Positions 8,393-18,167 of a DNA stretch of 50,864 nucleotides are shown here, one piece after another. How positions within the stretch are numbered: the stretch's first letter is position 1; every line of letters begins with the position of its first letter. The notes beneath the pieces were generated by a model. That model was not told the DNA's origin. It made no database searches and saw only the letters and a list, made by a program, of their open reading frames with translations. The stretch covers positions 1 through 50,864 of IMG/VR virus record IMGVR_UViG_3300012990_000003, one strand, 5' to 3'. This stretch comes from a virus. Its lineage: Duplodnaviria; Caudoviricetes. The translations under genes were made by a program, and so were the position numbers.

Positions 8393-10714
8393 TTACTCCT
8401 TGGATGTTAAGTCTGGTTTGGCGATCAGAGTTTTAACTAGACCAAGGGCTTGAGATACTTCTTCCATCTCTTTGTCTGCCTCTAGGGTAAGGCCGAACTT
8501 AATCATATCCAAGTTCTGCTGCCTGATATCTTTCTGGATCTTAGCGGATTCTAAGGCTGAAGAAGATTCATCCTTACGCTCTGTGAGCTGCAGACGAACC
8601 TGATCGTTCTGTTGCTTCAGCATCTCTGCTTGAGCGATCATCTGTTTCGGATCTAGCATGCCCATCGGATTCTGAGCCTTGAATTGATTGAACTCGGTAA
8701 TGTTCTGTGCCGCTTGGGTCGCATTGAGGCCCATGCCGGCTGCGCCTTGAAGCTGCTCTTCGAATCTCAGAGTTACGTGCTCGCGGATGTTCGCTTGGAT
8801 TACTGGAACCATAGCAGCGAAAGCCTGTGAGCCAGCTACTGCAGGATCGTTCAGGAACGCCGTCTTAACCGAGATGTGAGCCTCGTGATCTTGATCCGGG
8901 AAGGCCTTGATTGGCTTGCCAGAGATAGCCGTCTGAAGGTCGTCCATAGGCTCGCGTTTGGTCGCTTCTTCGGGGGCAGGGAGGTATTTCTCGTAGTTCT
9001 CGTCGCCGAGAGCGATGTAGTACTGCTTGTACACTTCTCGCATGTCGTGGATACCTGGGCTGGACATGGCTGTCTGCAACTTTTGCGAGGCCATAGTCAA
9101 TCTGTGCGCCGCAGTAGGGATATTGGGGTCAGATACAGGGATAATATTGACGCGATTGTTGTAATCTTCCTTAGAAATCTCTAAGTCTTCACCAGGAAGG
9201 TTCAGAGAAATCATAGAATCGTCTGCAGGAAGATTTTCCCAGTTCAATTCAGCGATAATACGGAATTGGCGCTTCTGCGCGGCGTGGAAACGCTTGAAAG
9301 TAGTAGCGAAGAACTTAGCCGAAGCGTCCAGGAGAGCCATTGTGGTGCCTACAGGACCATAATTGGTGGCATCCGCGACTACTTGCTCCGCGGAATCAGC
9401 ATATTTCTGCCCTTTGCCGTCGATGAATTGCAAAAGAGCCAGGAGCGTGCCTGAAGGCTCTTTAAAGTTGAATGGATAGATAGCTTTCGAGAGATCTTGA
9501 CCGTAGAATTCTACATCTCGGAACTCTCCGGGGCCAATGGCAGAACCGTCGTCTAGAACCCGCAGGGCCTTAGACTTAAATCCCCCTTGCATGTTAGCGA
9601 AAGAACCAGAATCAACCAAGGAACGCATGATCGCAGTTAGGGTATCCTGGAAATTGCCGAGGAGATGGATGTATCCGAGGTTATAGAACCCGAAGCCGGG
9701 GACGAACGGGTACTGAGTGAACCATTCGCGCTTCTCTAGCTTATTGCCTGTCTCAAACCAGTTACGGCGGATAGCCAGTACTTCTTTAGACTCGCGCTCT
9801 ACAGTAACTACGTACGGAAGAGGAACGCCTGAATCATCTTCAAATCCTGGGAGATCGATGAATACGTGCTGTTCTACGATCTCGTAACCTTCCCCACAGC
9901 CGTCAAGGCCAAGGAGTCGATCCATCTTCTCTCCTAGTTCAGTCTTCTCGATGCGGTACGGAGGGCCGACTTCTACGTCATCTGCGTACTGTCCGGTATA
10001 GATCCTGGCCAGCAGTTCTCGTTCGGAGATATGCTGGATCTCTGTGAGGCGTTCAGCGTTCTCTAGGGAATCATACGAAGAGTTGACGATGAGTTTGTCG
10101 ATTGGGACTAGTGTGTCGCATACGCGACCCTTGACAGTATCGAAGTAGTTCTTCTTGAATGCGTCGCCGAATAGGGCTGCCTGAAGGAGCGCCTTCTGGG
10201 AATTAGGATAGAACTCAACCATCTGCTCTAGGGTCTGCCAGTTCATGTGTCGCTGCACTCTGCGCGCTCTATCCATCTTTTCTTCAGTCTCTTTGCCGAG
10301 GATCTGAGTGCGGACGGGGCCTTTAGCAGGGAGAAGTTCCCCTTCTGCCTTAGCCTGGATCTTTACTGCGTTCTCCATGATCAGCGGGTGATAAACTGTG
10401 CACGCGCCCTGGAAAGGGACTTGGACGTTATCGTCGTTTAGGCCGAGATTCTCTACCCCTTTGATGAGGTCTTCGATGTGCCCTCTGCGCGAGGATTCAT
10501 CTTCTTCTGCCCCGTCTAGTACGTCACAGGCGATTTCATTAAGGGCATCCTCGTCTAGGTAATATACAAGGTTGTCGTAGTGCTCTGTGGCTGCTTGCTC
10601 GACGTCCTCATCCGACTCATCCTCGTCCAGGAAATCGACATCGACCGAGCCGTCAAGGTTCTCGAATACTTCGGCTTCTTTGATCGCTTCTTCGAAGGAG
10701 AGTTCTGTGGTCAT
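8393..10714 (-). CDS. Portal protein
   Basis: 773 aa after TerL; PFQGACTVYHPL, GPVRTQILG, PGFGFYNLGYIHLLG, PVGTTMALL and IIPVSDPN motifs. Confidence 0.9.
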   Translation of the reverse strand: MTTELSFEEAIKEAEVFENLDGSVDVDFLDEDESDEDVEQAATEHYDNLVYYLDEDALNEIACDVLDGAEEDESSRRGHIEDLIKGVENLGLNDDNVQVPFQGACTVYHPLIMENAVKIQAKAEGELLPAKGPVRTQILGKETEEKMDRARRVQRHMNWQTLEQMVEFYPNSQKALLQAALFGDAFKKNYFDTVKGRVCDTLVPIDKLIVNSSYDSLENAERLTEIQHISERELLARIYTGQYADDVEVGPPYRIEKTELGEKMDRLLGLDGCGEGYEIVEQHVFIDLPGFEDDSGVPLPYVVTVERESKEVLAIRRNWFETGNKLEKREWFTQYPFVPGFGFYNLGYIHLLGNFQDTLTAIMRSLVDSGSFANMQGGFKSKALRVLDDGSAIGPGEFRDVEFYGQDLSKAIYPFNFKEPSGTLLALLQFIDGKGQKYADSAEQVVADATNYGPVGTTMALLDASAKFFATTFKRFHAAQKRQFRIIAELNWENLPADDSMISLNLPGEDLEISKEDYNNRVNIIPVSDPNIPTAAHRLTMASQKLQTAMSSPGIHDMREVYKQYYIALGDENYEKYLPAPEEATKREPMDDLQTAISGKPIKAFPDQDHEAHISVKTAFLNDPAVAGSQAFAAMVPVIQANIREHVTLRFEEQLQGAAGMGLNATQAAQNITEFNQFKAQNPMGMLDPKQMIAQAEMLKQQNDQVRLQLTERKDESSSALESAKIQKDIRQQNLDMIKFGLTLEADKEMEEVSQALGLVKTLIAKPDLTSKE

Positions 10715-10758
10715 TGTGAGTTTATCTTCCGCACATAGAGTTTATTAGCCCGTCCATG

Positions 10759-10788
10759 AGTATAGCACATTTAGGACAGGAATGTAAA
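10759..10788 (-). promoter_or_regulatory. Sigma70-like promoter for the portal operon
   Basis: TTTACA-N18-TATACT with extended -10 TG on the minus strand. Confidence 0.5.
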
Positions 10789-10797
10789 GGTTCTACC

Positions 10798-12477
10798 TTA
10801 CTGGCCGCGGACAGCGCCCCAGTAAGTCTTTGGTCTTCGCTGGAATTTAAGGACGTTCGGATCATCATCCTCTTCATATCGAGAGTAATCTTCTGGGGTT
10901 ATCTTCCATGAATCCCGCATCCAGATCACTGCCTGAGAGAAGGCGTCAGCGGTATCTTTGCCTCCTGAAGGGAACTTCTGCAGCTCCGACACGAACTCCT
11001 GGGAGAAGTAAAGATTCTGGTTGATGTAAATCCGCCCGCCGTGCAGGATAGCTGAAGCTGCGTGCGCCCTGGAAATCTTGTCCCTATCAGGGTTGTACTC
11101 GACCACGGGAAGGCCTATCTCCCGCAGTTCCTGGATAAGGGAGATACCTGAGGCCCTGTTCTCTACAATGAAGAAGTCTAGGATCTGGGCATATTCTTCG
11201 TAGAGGCCTCTGCAGCGGTCTTTAAGCTCGGGGAAGGACCAGTGCCCTTTAGCGTAGCCGAGGAGGATCATGTTCCCTTGAGTAGACTCTTTCCCGTTGT
11301 AAGCGACCTCTTTCATGGGGAAGATCCCCCATATTTGATAGCACGACTCGGCAGAGTCCTTAGTCTCTTTCTCGGAGAAGGCGGTATCTAGGGATATGAT
11401 GACTGACGATACTTCCGGGGGATCAGGGTGCAGCCACAGCTTGAACGCCTTGTGATCGAAGATGGAGCCCTTGGTCGGGATGGGGGACTGCAAGTACAGG
11501 GCGTTCCACTGGTGCGGCGTCATTCTTCGCTTCGCATCTAAGAGGTTCTCTACTGACTTGTGCTCAGGCCAATAGCTCCCGCCCTCTACGAACCGAGAGT
11601 CGCCTCCTCCTAGAAGGTTCACTGCCTCTTGATCCAGGATAGCGGGGACACGGATAATCCTCCACGGGCGATCTGATTCTCCGCCAGAGTGGACTCCTGT
11701 GGGTGTCATGCCTCCATCCCGGGCCTCTAAGAACCCTGAGAGATCCACTAAGTACCACCGAGTATTGACGATTAGCTGCCCAGAGTTATCCTCTAGGAGC
11801 CGCGATTCCAAGCCGGAGGCATAGTTAGTGTTGATCGTCTTAAGTTCGGATGTCTTGGTCTGTTCTGATACGACGTCATCCCCGATAAGCAGATTAGCCC
11901 TCTTGCCAGGGAACTGAGTCTTCCATCCGCCTGAGAAGTAGTAGCCGCCCTTAGTAGTCTTCCAGAAACCGACACCAGGGGATTCACGAGATACCTTCGT
12001 CTTAGGGAAGATCTCTTGGTATTCAGGGAGGGTGACTACTCTTTTGGCGTTAGCCCCCAGTTCTTTAGCGGCGTGATCTGCGGAGTGACCTACCGCGATA
12101 ATGCGCCAGTTAGGGTGCTTCCCTAGAACCCAGGAGGGGAACAGGTGCGAGCAGAGGACAGTCTTCATGGACTCGGGAGGGAGGTAGACCTGGCATTTAG
12201 AACGAGTCTTGTCGTTAGTGAGGATCGCTACGTACAGGGCTTGAAGCTCTGAGCAGATCAATTCGATGTGCCGACCCGTCTTGAATCCAGGGATCAGGAT
12301 AGGCGCTAGAGTCTTGACGTAGGTATAGAAATCCTCGATTGCAGCCTTTTTGGTGACGCCCCATAGAAAGGTCGTAAGTTCCTGTTTCTGTTTGTCTGTC
12401 ATCGCCAGCCAGTCCACGTTAGCCGCGGAGTACTTCAGCAGTTCGACCGAGGTCATTGGTTTATCGTCGTTCGTCAT
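10798..12477 (-). CDS. terL: Terminase large subunit
   Basis: Walker A region LPPESMKT, Walker B LLIGDD, TRW coupling motif, ALYLQSP, nuclease SLDTA...ENRASG...DTADA; start uncertain (12510, 12477 or 12456). Confidence 0.92.
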   Translation of the reverse strand: MTNDDKPMTSVELLKYSAANVDWLAMTDKQKQELTTFLWGVTKKAAIEDFYTYVKTLAPILIPGFKTGRHIELICSELQALYVAILTNDKTRSKCQVYLPPESMKTVLCSHLFPSWVLGKHPNWRIIAVGHSADHAAKELGANAKRVVTLPEYQEIFPKTKVSRESPGVGFWKTTKGGYYFSGGWKTQFPGKRANLLIGDDVVSEQTKTSELKTINTNYASGLESRLLEDNSGQLIVNTRWYLVDLSGFLEARDGGMTPTGVHSGGESDRPWRIIRVPAILDQEAVNLLGGGDSRFVEGGSYWPEHKSVENLLDAKRRMTPHQWNALYLQSPIPTKGSIFDHKAFKLWLHPDPPEVSSVIISLDTAFSEKETKDSAESCYQIWGIFPMKEVAYNGKESTQGNMILLGYAKGHWSFPELKDRCRGLYEEYAQILDFFIVENRASGISLIQELREIGLPVVEYNPDRDKISRAHAASAILHGGRIYINQNLYFSQEFVSELQKFPSGGKDTADAFSQAVIWMRDSWKITPEDYSRYEEDDDPNVLKFQRRPKTYWGAVRGQ

Positions 12478-12591
12478 CGTTCCTGTTTTCCGACCCCCGG
12501 TTGTTCCCAATACCGTACGAAGGTAAGGTTAGACGGGGGATATAGTTGTAATATTATAACATAACCAATAGCAGAATTAAACTCCTACCCC

Positions 12592-12790
12592 TTATATAGT
12601 TTATATAGTTTATATAGTTTATATAGTTTATAGATTGTTATCCTATATAGTTTATATAGTTTAGTATATAGAGTTAATCCTTCTATATAAACTATATAGA
12701 TACTATATAGTATTATATATAGTTATATATAGTTATATATAGTTGATCCTTCTGTATAGTTTATATAGAGGCTATATAGTAACTATATAG
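12592..12790. repeat. AT-rich TATATAGTT tandem repeat array
   Basis: Many exact and degenerate TATATAG(TT) units between terS and terL. Confidence 0.9.
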
Positions 12791-12973
12791 GTGCGCCATG
12801 CAGTTTTTCCAGCGACTCTTATGCGCCCTCACCTGTATAGCCTATATTGCTGGGACCCGCCCTTTCCTCCGTAAAGCCTCCAGGATGCCTCTGAAGGCTT
12901 TTACGGTCAGATCATACCAGGAAATCTTTAGAGGGCACTCAGGAACGATCCTTGGCGATTCTAGAGACATTCC

Positions 12974-13534
12974 TTACTTGGGGCGTATACCGGCAATCTC
13001 CTGCAACCTTTTGAAGTCGCTCTCTAGGGATTCTCCCCTGAGGTTGTTCTCTACCTTGACGCCGATAGAATTATTCCCTGGAGAGGCTACTGTATTCTTG
13101 ATGAAGCCTCCTAATTCTGCTAGGAGCCTGTTATGCGGGTCTGCATCCTTAGGCTTGCCCATTTCGAAGGCCAGTTCAATTCCCCGTCTGGCATTGGATA
13201 CTATCTCTTGCAGAGACAGTCCTAGCTCCTCTACTACTAGGGAACGTAGGTACTGCATGTAAGCCTCTACATGTGGCCGCTGCTCGATTTCCCACGCCAT
13301 CTTGGAGAGGTACTTAGGGTTGGCTGTGCTGCCGGCTCTCTTCAGGGCTTCTACCTTTGACTTAGGGTTCTGGGTTACTACGATCTTGCAGTAGGCCTTC
13401 TCCATGTCGGTGAGGTTGGCAAGGATGTCGTCTAGGTCGAATTTAAGGGAGTCGCCGTTAAGGAGCTCTACGTCCTCCTCTGAGAGTGTAGCTACTACGG
13501 ATTGCTCCCGGGTGAGTTGAGTTTCTTTAGTCAT
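12974..13534 (-). CDS. terS: Terminase small subunit
   Basis: LTDMEKAYC...EALKRAG...MAWEIEQRPHVEAYM helix-turn-helix pattern; upstream of terL. Confidence 0.75.
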   Translation of the reverse strand: MTKETQLTREQSVVATLSEEDVELLNGDSLKFDLDDILANLTDMEKAYCKIVVTQNPKSKVEALKRAGSTANPKYLSKMAWEIEQRPHVEAYMQYLRSLVVEELGLSLQEIVSNARRGIELAFEMGKPKDADPHNRLLAELGGFIKNTVASPGNNSIGVKVENNLRGESLESDFKRLQEIAGIRPK

Positions 13535-13759
13535 AATTTTTAGATGCCTTTTTATCTGATTTAACAGGATATGCCGACTGGTAGGAATGTCATTTTGAGA
13601 AGTCAATATGGCCTCCCCCAGATGGCATACAGTTGATTATAGCAGACTGGTAGGTTAAATGGTAGCTTCTATGGTAGTCATTATGGTAGTCATGGTTTCC
13701 CCTTCCTCCCATCCAGAATACTTAGTTGATATGATAAGGTGGCCTATACTAATAAAACA

Positions 13760-14030
13760 CTTTCCATAAATTTCCCCCCCCCTTATGTAAATTCCATTAT
13801 GTAAACTACATTATGACAACGCTACATTATGTAAACTGCTTATGGAAACCGTATTATGGCAACCCCATAGAGTTTACATAGCACAGGCCGCCTCATATTG
13901 ACAAGCTACAATATGGTAATGCCCCATGAAGTTTACATAAGAGATAGGTGGTTATGTAAAGTGTATACCTTCATAGTGTTATGTAAATTCCCCCTCTTAT
14001 GGAAACCCCATTAGGCTTCATATGGAAACC
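13760..14030. repeat. Array of TATG(T/G)AAA short repeats
   Basis: About 13 exact or degenerate copies, mostly forward (13783, 13797, 13827, 13840, 13952, 13979, 13997, 14020) and some inverted (13761, 13872, 13931). Confidence 0.85.
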
Positions 14031-14269
14031 CCAATATATATATTATCCATGCGGTACTCTGGTACTACCCACTAGGCAGCGTTATATGGTAGGCCGTATT
14101 ATGGATAATGCTAGACGGGTCAGCCCATACCCCTGCAATCTATTAGTGTACCCCCCATGGCGAAACAACCGTAATCATCTTTACTCTACCATTTGGTGTA
14201 CTCAATCCCGCAGTACGTCCTGAAAGGATACCCTCTTTCCAATTCATACCTTATAACCCATTGAATACG

Positions 14270-14340
14270 CTGAATAAATTATTTTTAGTTTTTCGTACGA
14301 TTTTTGTTTTATTCCCCGCCTAACCTGTCATAGTCAAAGA
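14270..14340 (+). promoter_or_regulatory. Candidate early promoter with AT-rich upstream element
   Basis: T/A tracts followed by TGtCATAGT at the start of the plus-strand arm; -35 poorly matched. Confidence 0.3.
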
Positions 14341-14683
14341 ATGGAAGCGCAGGACGCACAGCGGCTTCCCCTCCACTGATCTAGGCAGTCTGTCCCTAGT
14401 GAATCGCGCGTCTATCAGGTAAGCCGTAACTAGGTAAGTTATAAGGGAGGATTTTACTCCCGAATAATGCCACTGGGGGCGGATGATATAAGGGGCTTGC
14501 TTTAACGCACAATGCTTGCGGCTAACGCTGTGAGCGCGGAATAGGCAGCTATCGGGCAGAGTAACCGAAACCCTTCCCTATCGTCTAGGCTGAACGGTAT
14601 TAACTTTATGTATTCATACGGGCTTAATCCGTCTTATGAATATATCAGGTTAATTCTAATGGATAACAGGGGAGTAAAACCTT

Positions 14684-15049
14684 ATGGCTTTTAAAAATGT
14701 TAGGAACAGTTGGGATTCAATTCCTACGCAAAGTCAATCAAAGCATAAAAGCTGCCATCAGCCTTTTGCTTTTGACGCTAACCAAAAATTCAACGGCAAG
14801 GCAGGGCGGCCAGGCGGCTATCGGGACGTTACTCAAGAAAGGGTAAAGACTCGCAAAGGCAATACCGTGATGGGCGGCCTTCGGATCAATAACTTTGAAG
14901 CGTATCCCGGCCTTTCACCCGTCTATGAATCGCCGCAAGATATGGTATTCAGAGATGGGAAGTATATAACCATTGCCGAGTATAACGCCGCGCAATGGAA
15001 AGCGAAAAAGTCCGAACGGAAGGCGAAAAGGAACAAAGGCGGAAAATAA
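14684..15049 (+). CDS. Hypothetical basic early protein
   Basis: GGGGAG RBS; first ORF of the plus arm. Confidence 0.65.
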   Translation: MAFKNVRNSWDSIPTQSQSKHKSCHQPFAFDANQKFNGKAGRPGGYRDVTQERVKTRKGNTVMGGLRINNFEAYPGLSPVYESPQDMVFRDGKYITIAEYNAAQWKAKKSERKAKRNKGGK

Positions 15050-15153
15050 TCCTACTGTATATAGCTGCTCCCCTATCCTGCGGCTATATGCGGATATGAT
15101 TATGGTAATTGTATCGTTAACAGACACAAGTATAAAATGGAGTTTATACAATC

Positions 15154-15669
15154 ATGGCTACTGCAAAACAACAAAAGACTATCGCTGCCCCTGTTACGGA
15201 AAATGCACAAGAAACAAGCGCAACGGCTATCCGTGCCAACATTGCCACGGTACATGCAACCGGGAAACAACTGGAAAAACTGGCGCACGAAACCGCGCTT
15301 GCCATCCTGCAACACGTTGAAACCTATGGTGAAGTGTCGCTTGCGAATAAGCTGGTTGACGCCTTGCCCGATATGTCCCGGCGCAATTCCCTCAAACAAT
15401 GGTTTATGGAATATGGCAAAATGACATATAGCATGAGAAAGAAACAGCTGGTATTCAAAAAGGATTTTGTGACGGACATTCCCGGCGGCACTGCTACCCC
15501 GTTCTGGAAGCTGGTCAAAGAGGAAGAATTCAAGCCTTTTGACCTGACGAAAAAAGTTGAAAGTCTTCTGAAAGCTGCCGAAAATGCCGAAGCGGAAGCG
15601 GATGAACGGAACAAAATTGATCCGACATTGCTCGCCCGTCTGAAAGCTGCAATCGCCCCTAACATTTAA
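15154..15669 (+). CDS. Early phage protein of unknown function
   Basis: GGAG RBS, clean 171-aa frame, terminator immediately downstream. Confidence 0.85.
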   Translation: MATAKQQKTIAAPVTENAQETSATAIRANIATVHATGKQLEKLAHETALAILQHVETYGEVSLANKLVDALPDMSRRNSLKQWFMEYGKMTYSMRKKQLVFKKDFVTDIPGGTATPFWKLVKEEEFKPFDLTKKVESLLKAAENAEAEADERNKIDPTLLARLKAAIAPNI

Positions 15670-15700
15670 AACCCCTTCCCCTCCTCACGGAAAACTTAAA

Positions 15701-15732
15701 CTCCCCTCGCAATTATGCGGGGGGAGCCTTTT
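15701..15732 (+). terminator. Rho-independent terminator
   Basis: CTCCCCTCGC-aattat-GCGGGGGGAG followed by CCTTTTT. Confidence 0.75.
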
Positions 15733-15904
15733 TCGTCCTATATCAATAGGTTAATTCGTTATGTTAATCCTTATGCGGTATCATAGTACCTCATAGGAAT
15801 TTACATAATCAGTCTGTTTCCATATAATCCCCCCCTTCCTTTCCATAATTAGGGGGAGGAAAAATATCGTCACTATCATAATCATAAACGTGGGGTAAGT
15901 TATC

Positions 15905-16114
15905 ATGACACAACAATACAAATCCGTATGGAAGCCCATTAGATACGTGTTAGCTATATTCAACATAGGTATGACTTACGGCCATGAGATTGCCACAACC
16001 GAAACAGGGGATGAGCATCAAATCTTTTCAATCGCTATCTTTAATAATACGGATGGCACAGGCGTGTTTAATAAGATGCGCTATCTTCCTGTATATATTG
16101 AAGAAACGTGGTGA
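15905..16114 (+). CDS. Hypothetical protein
   Basis: ORF with purine-rich RBS (GGGG). Confidence 0.5.
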   Translation: MTQQYKSVWKPIRYVLAIFNIGMTYGHEIATTETGDEHQIFSIAIFNNTDGTGVFNKMRYLPVYIEETW

Positions 16115-16151
16115 GTATATCAAACGAACGAACGCAAAGGGTAGGTTGTCA

Positions 16152-16445
16152 ATGTTCGATACATCTAAACTAATCCTGCTTACAGGCATAAATTACGACG
16201 ATCCTAGAAGAACACGCAAAACGTACGTCCTTAAAGAGTCTGTAGTTGCGGTTAAAGAGGGAACCCACGAGGATGATGGCGGTTCATTCGTCTATTGTAT
16301 CGGATTAACTCACCCGCAACATGTACGCGAAACGCCAGACGAAATCTGGTCAAAGGTTCTACACAACACTACTGAAACCATTGATACTAAATATACCTAT
16401 GTATATGATAAGGACTCAGACAGCGTGAAGAAACTCCCAGAATAA
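16152..16445 (+). CDS. Small protein, weakly FlbD/SwrD-like
   Basis: KLILLT...VVAVKE...HVRETPDEI resembles the FlbD-family pattern; start moved to the ATG at 16152 with RBS. Confidence 0.5.
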   Translation: MFDTSKLILLTGINYDDPRRTRKTYVLKESVVAVKEGTHEDDGGSFVYCIGLTHPQHVRETPDEIWSKVLHNTTETIDTKYTYVYDKDSDSVKKLPE

Positions 16446-16466
16446 GAAACAAAGGAGGGAATAGCG

Positions 16467-16679
16467 ATGGCGCACAAGAAAACATACATTCTCGCTCGCC
16501 CAATCGCGGCAGCAAACGGGAAAATTCTGAACTACGCCAAGGAAATAGTTAGCGGCGAACAGATTGAGAGCATTAGGGCAGAACATGGCCCTACCCCCGT
16601 CTACGTTCTAGCCTTAAACGAAGGCGTAAAAGAATATCAACATAGAGAGACTAGCCGCGGCAGGTTAACCCTTAACTAG
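16467..16679 (+). CDS. Hypothetical protein
   Basis: AAGGAGG RBS. Confidence 0.7.
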   Translation: MAHKKTYILARPIAAANGKILNYAKEIVSGEQIESIRAEHGPTPVYVLALNEGVKEYQHRETSRGRLTLN

Positions 16680-16689
16680 TGAGAATATT

Positions 16690-16896
16690 ATGTTTTTAAA
16701 TACGTATAATAGGTTTAACGGGCATGAGCGCTCTTGCGCCTGTGTTGAATGTGAAGACTTGTCAGAAGACTATTCAAGAGACGAGTTATATGTAACAGGT
16801 CAAGAGTACAATGAGATAAGAATATACGAACTTAAAGAAAAAATTAGGTTATTAAATAGGGAGCTTAATCGCTTTAAAAAGGCAGTAGCAGCATGA
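16690..16896 (+). CDS. Hypothetical protein with H-x3-CACVEC motif
   Basis: Tightly packed ORF in the early cluster. Confidence 0.6.
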   Translation: MFLNTYNRFNGHERSCACVECEDLSEDYSRDELYVTGQEYNEIRIYELKEKIRLLNRELNRFKKAVAA

Positions 16897-16969
16897 TTTT
16901 AACATTCATCTATTGGACGGCTATCATATATTGCGTTAGCTTTATCGTTTACCTATGGAGTACGGACTC

Positions 16970-17131
16970 ATGAAAATGAATATCCTAGCAATCTTAGCCC
17001 TCATAATGCTGCTTGTGGTCGGCTATTTCTCCGTGATGCAGGAACTAGAAGCTGCCGCCTGCAGGAAAGCAGGATACGCATGGATCCAAGCGCAATGCCT
17101 TTCCATTAAGACTATTGAAGTAATGAACTGA
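16970..17131 (+). CDS. Small membrane/secreted protein (53 aa)
   Basis: GGAG RBS; MKMNILAILALIMLLVVGYFSV hydrophobic start; two Cys residues. Confidence 0.55.
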   Translation: MKMNILAILALIMLLVVGYFSVMQELEAAACRKAGYAWIQAQCLSIKTIEVMN

Positions 17132-17277
17132 CTCAAAAGCAAGTAAAGGAGAAGTACTCGTGACCAGTAAAGAGATGCGCGATATGAAGACTGCGGATCA
17201 TGCAGCTAAGGCTGCTATTGCTGCCGCTACTGGCTAGACGGGGGTATCTAATAACTGCAAACAGGAGTATAAAGAAG

Positions 17278-17427
17278 ATGATTAAAGGTCTGCTGTCTCT
17301 TAAGTTTGAAGATGAAGTCAACCCTGTAATTACTTGGATAAAGGTGCCTTGTAAGGACAAGGCGGGCACTGACAATCAACTAATCCCAGTAAGATGGAAG
17401 GATTACCGCAATGTCTTCTTTATGTAA
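17278..17427 (+). CDS. Hypothetical protein (49 aa)
   Basis: AGGAG RBS before the internal ATG of track ORF 17200..17427. Confidence 0.5.
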   Translation: MIKGLLSLKFEDEVNPVITWIKVPCKDKAGTDNQLIPVRWKDYRNVFFM

Positions 17428-17641
17428 GAAAGTAACTAGCCCGAGTCCGGCAGGACGACGGAGGCCACTAGGCCGACAGATGTTAAGGGCTAAACTGCTG
17501 CTTCAATTTGCTGATGCTGTGGAAGGATATACGGAATGGAACAAGATATATTGTTTCGCGTAGCTAAGAAGGTTCTTACCTTCGCAGGGTTGTTACTGAT
17601 CCTATTCCTAATGACTTCTGAACAGATAAGGTATTGAAACT

Positions 17642-17893
17642 ATGTTTGTAGTTAGAAATATAGAAACCGGGCTCTTTTGGGCGAAGAATAAGGGGGCTAA
17701 CGCTCCGCTTCTTAAAAGAGCGCAAGTCTTTAAATCAGAGAGCACCGCGACCACTTCATGCGGGGATAAAACATACAAAAAAGAATTTGAGCAGTTCCTA
17801 GACGCGGGAGGCCGCTACTTCGAGTACAAAGGTCGTAAATTTGACTACGACATGGGTAACTTGGAAATAGTCCCATTAAAAAATCTACTATGA
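17642..17893 (+). CDS. Hypothetical protein
   Basis: AAGG RBS; FVVRNIETGLFW...AQVFKSE pattern seen in small phage proteins. Confidence 0.65.
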   Translation: MFVVRNIETGLFWAKNKGANAPLLKRAQVFKSESTATTSCGDKTYKKEFEQFLDAGGRYFEYKGRKFDYDMGNLEIVPLKNLL

Positions 17894-18105
17894 ATTGAAG
17901 ATTATATAAAGTTACATACTATATGTGGTTGTTATATAGGATAACAATAACCACCCGTCTAATCTTATTGAAGTCTAGATATGCGGTAGATACTTCCGCT
18001 ATATAGTTTAGTACAGAGTTAGTTACTAATCCTATATAAACTTCATTAGGGTATATAGCGAAGATCAACGCTATCTATATAACTAAGTTATCACATTTTG
18101 GCCTC

Positions 18106-18134
18106 TTGCGATAGCTAGATAAATAGTATATCAT
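18106..18134 (+). promoter_or_regulatory. Sigma70-like promoter for the HNH gene
   Basis: TTGCGA-N17-TATCAT. Confidence 0.5.
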
Positions 18135-18167
18135 AAATATATATGTCAAGGTTGATATATCTAGCTT

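Noticed and set aside
12160-12190. TerL Walker A reads PPESMKT rather than PPRxGKS
   Set aside because: This position varies among terminases and all other motifs are intact
12798-13262. 154-aa plus-strand ORF
   Set aside because: Antisense to terS and without recognisable features
12592-14030. Repeat arrays as a CRISPR array
   Set aside because: Units are 8-14 bp with no unique spacers of constant length; the Cas4-like nuclease is a standard phage replication-module gene
13999-14223. 74-aa ORF in the terminal region
   Set aside because: Starts inside the repeat array and has no RBS
15745-16870. CtrA boxes (TTAA-N7-TTAA) as a host marker
   Set aside because: The TTAA pairs seen at 15751 and 16852 are spaced by 9 nt, not 7
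17437-17492. Hammerhead ribozyme
   Set aside because: No CUGANGA core and no GAAA plus cleavage triplet in the required arrangement
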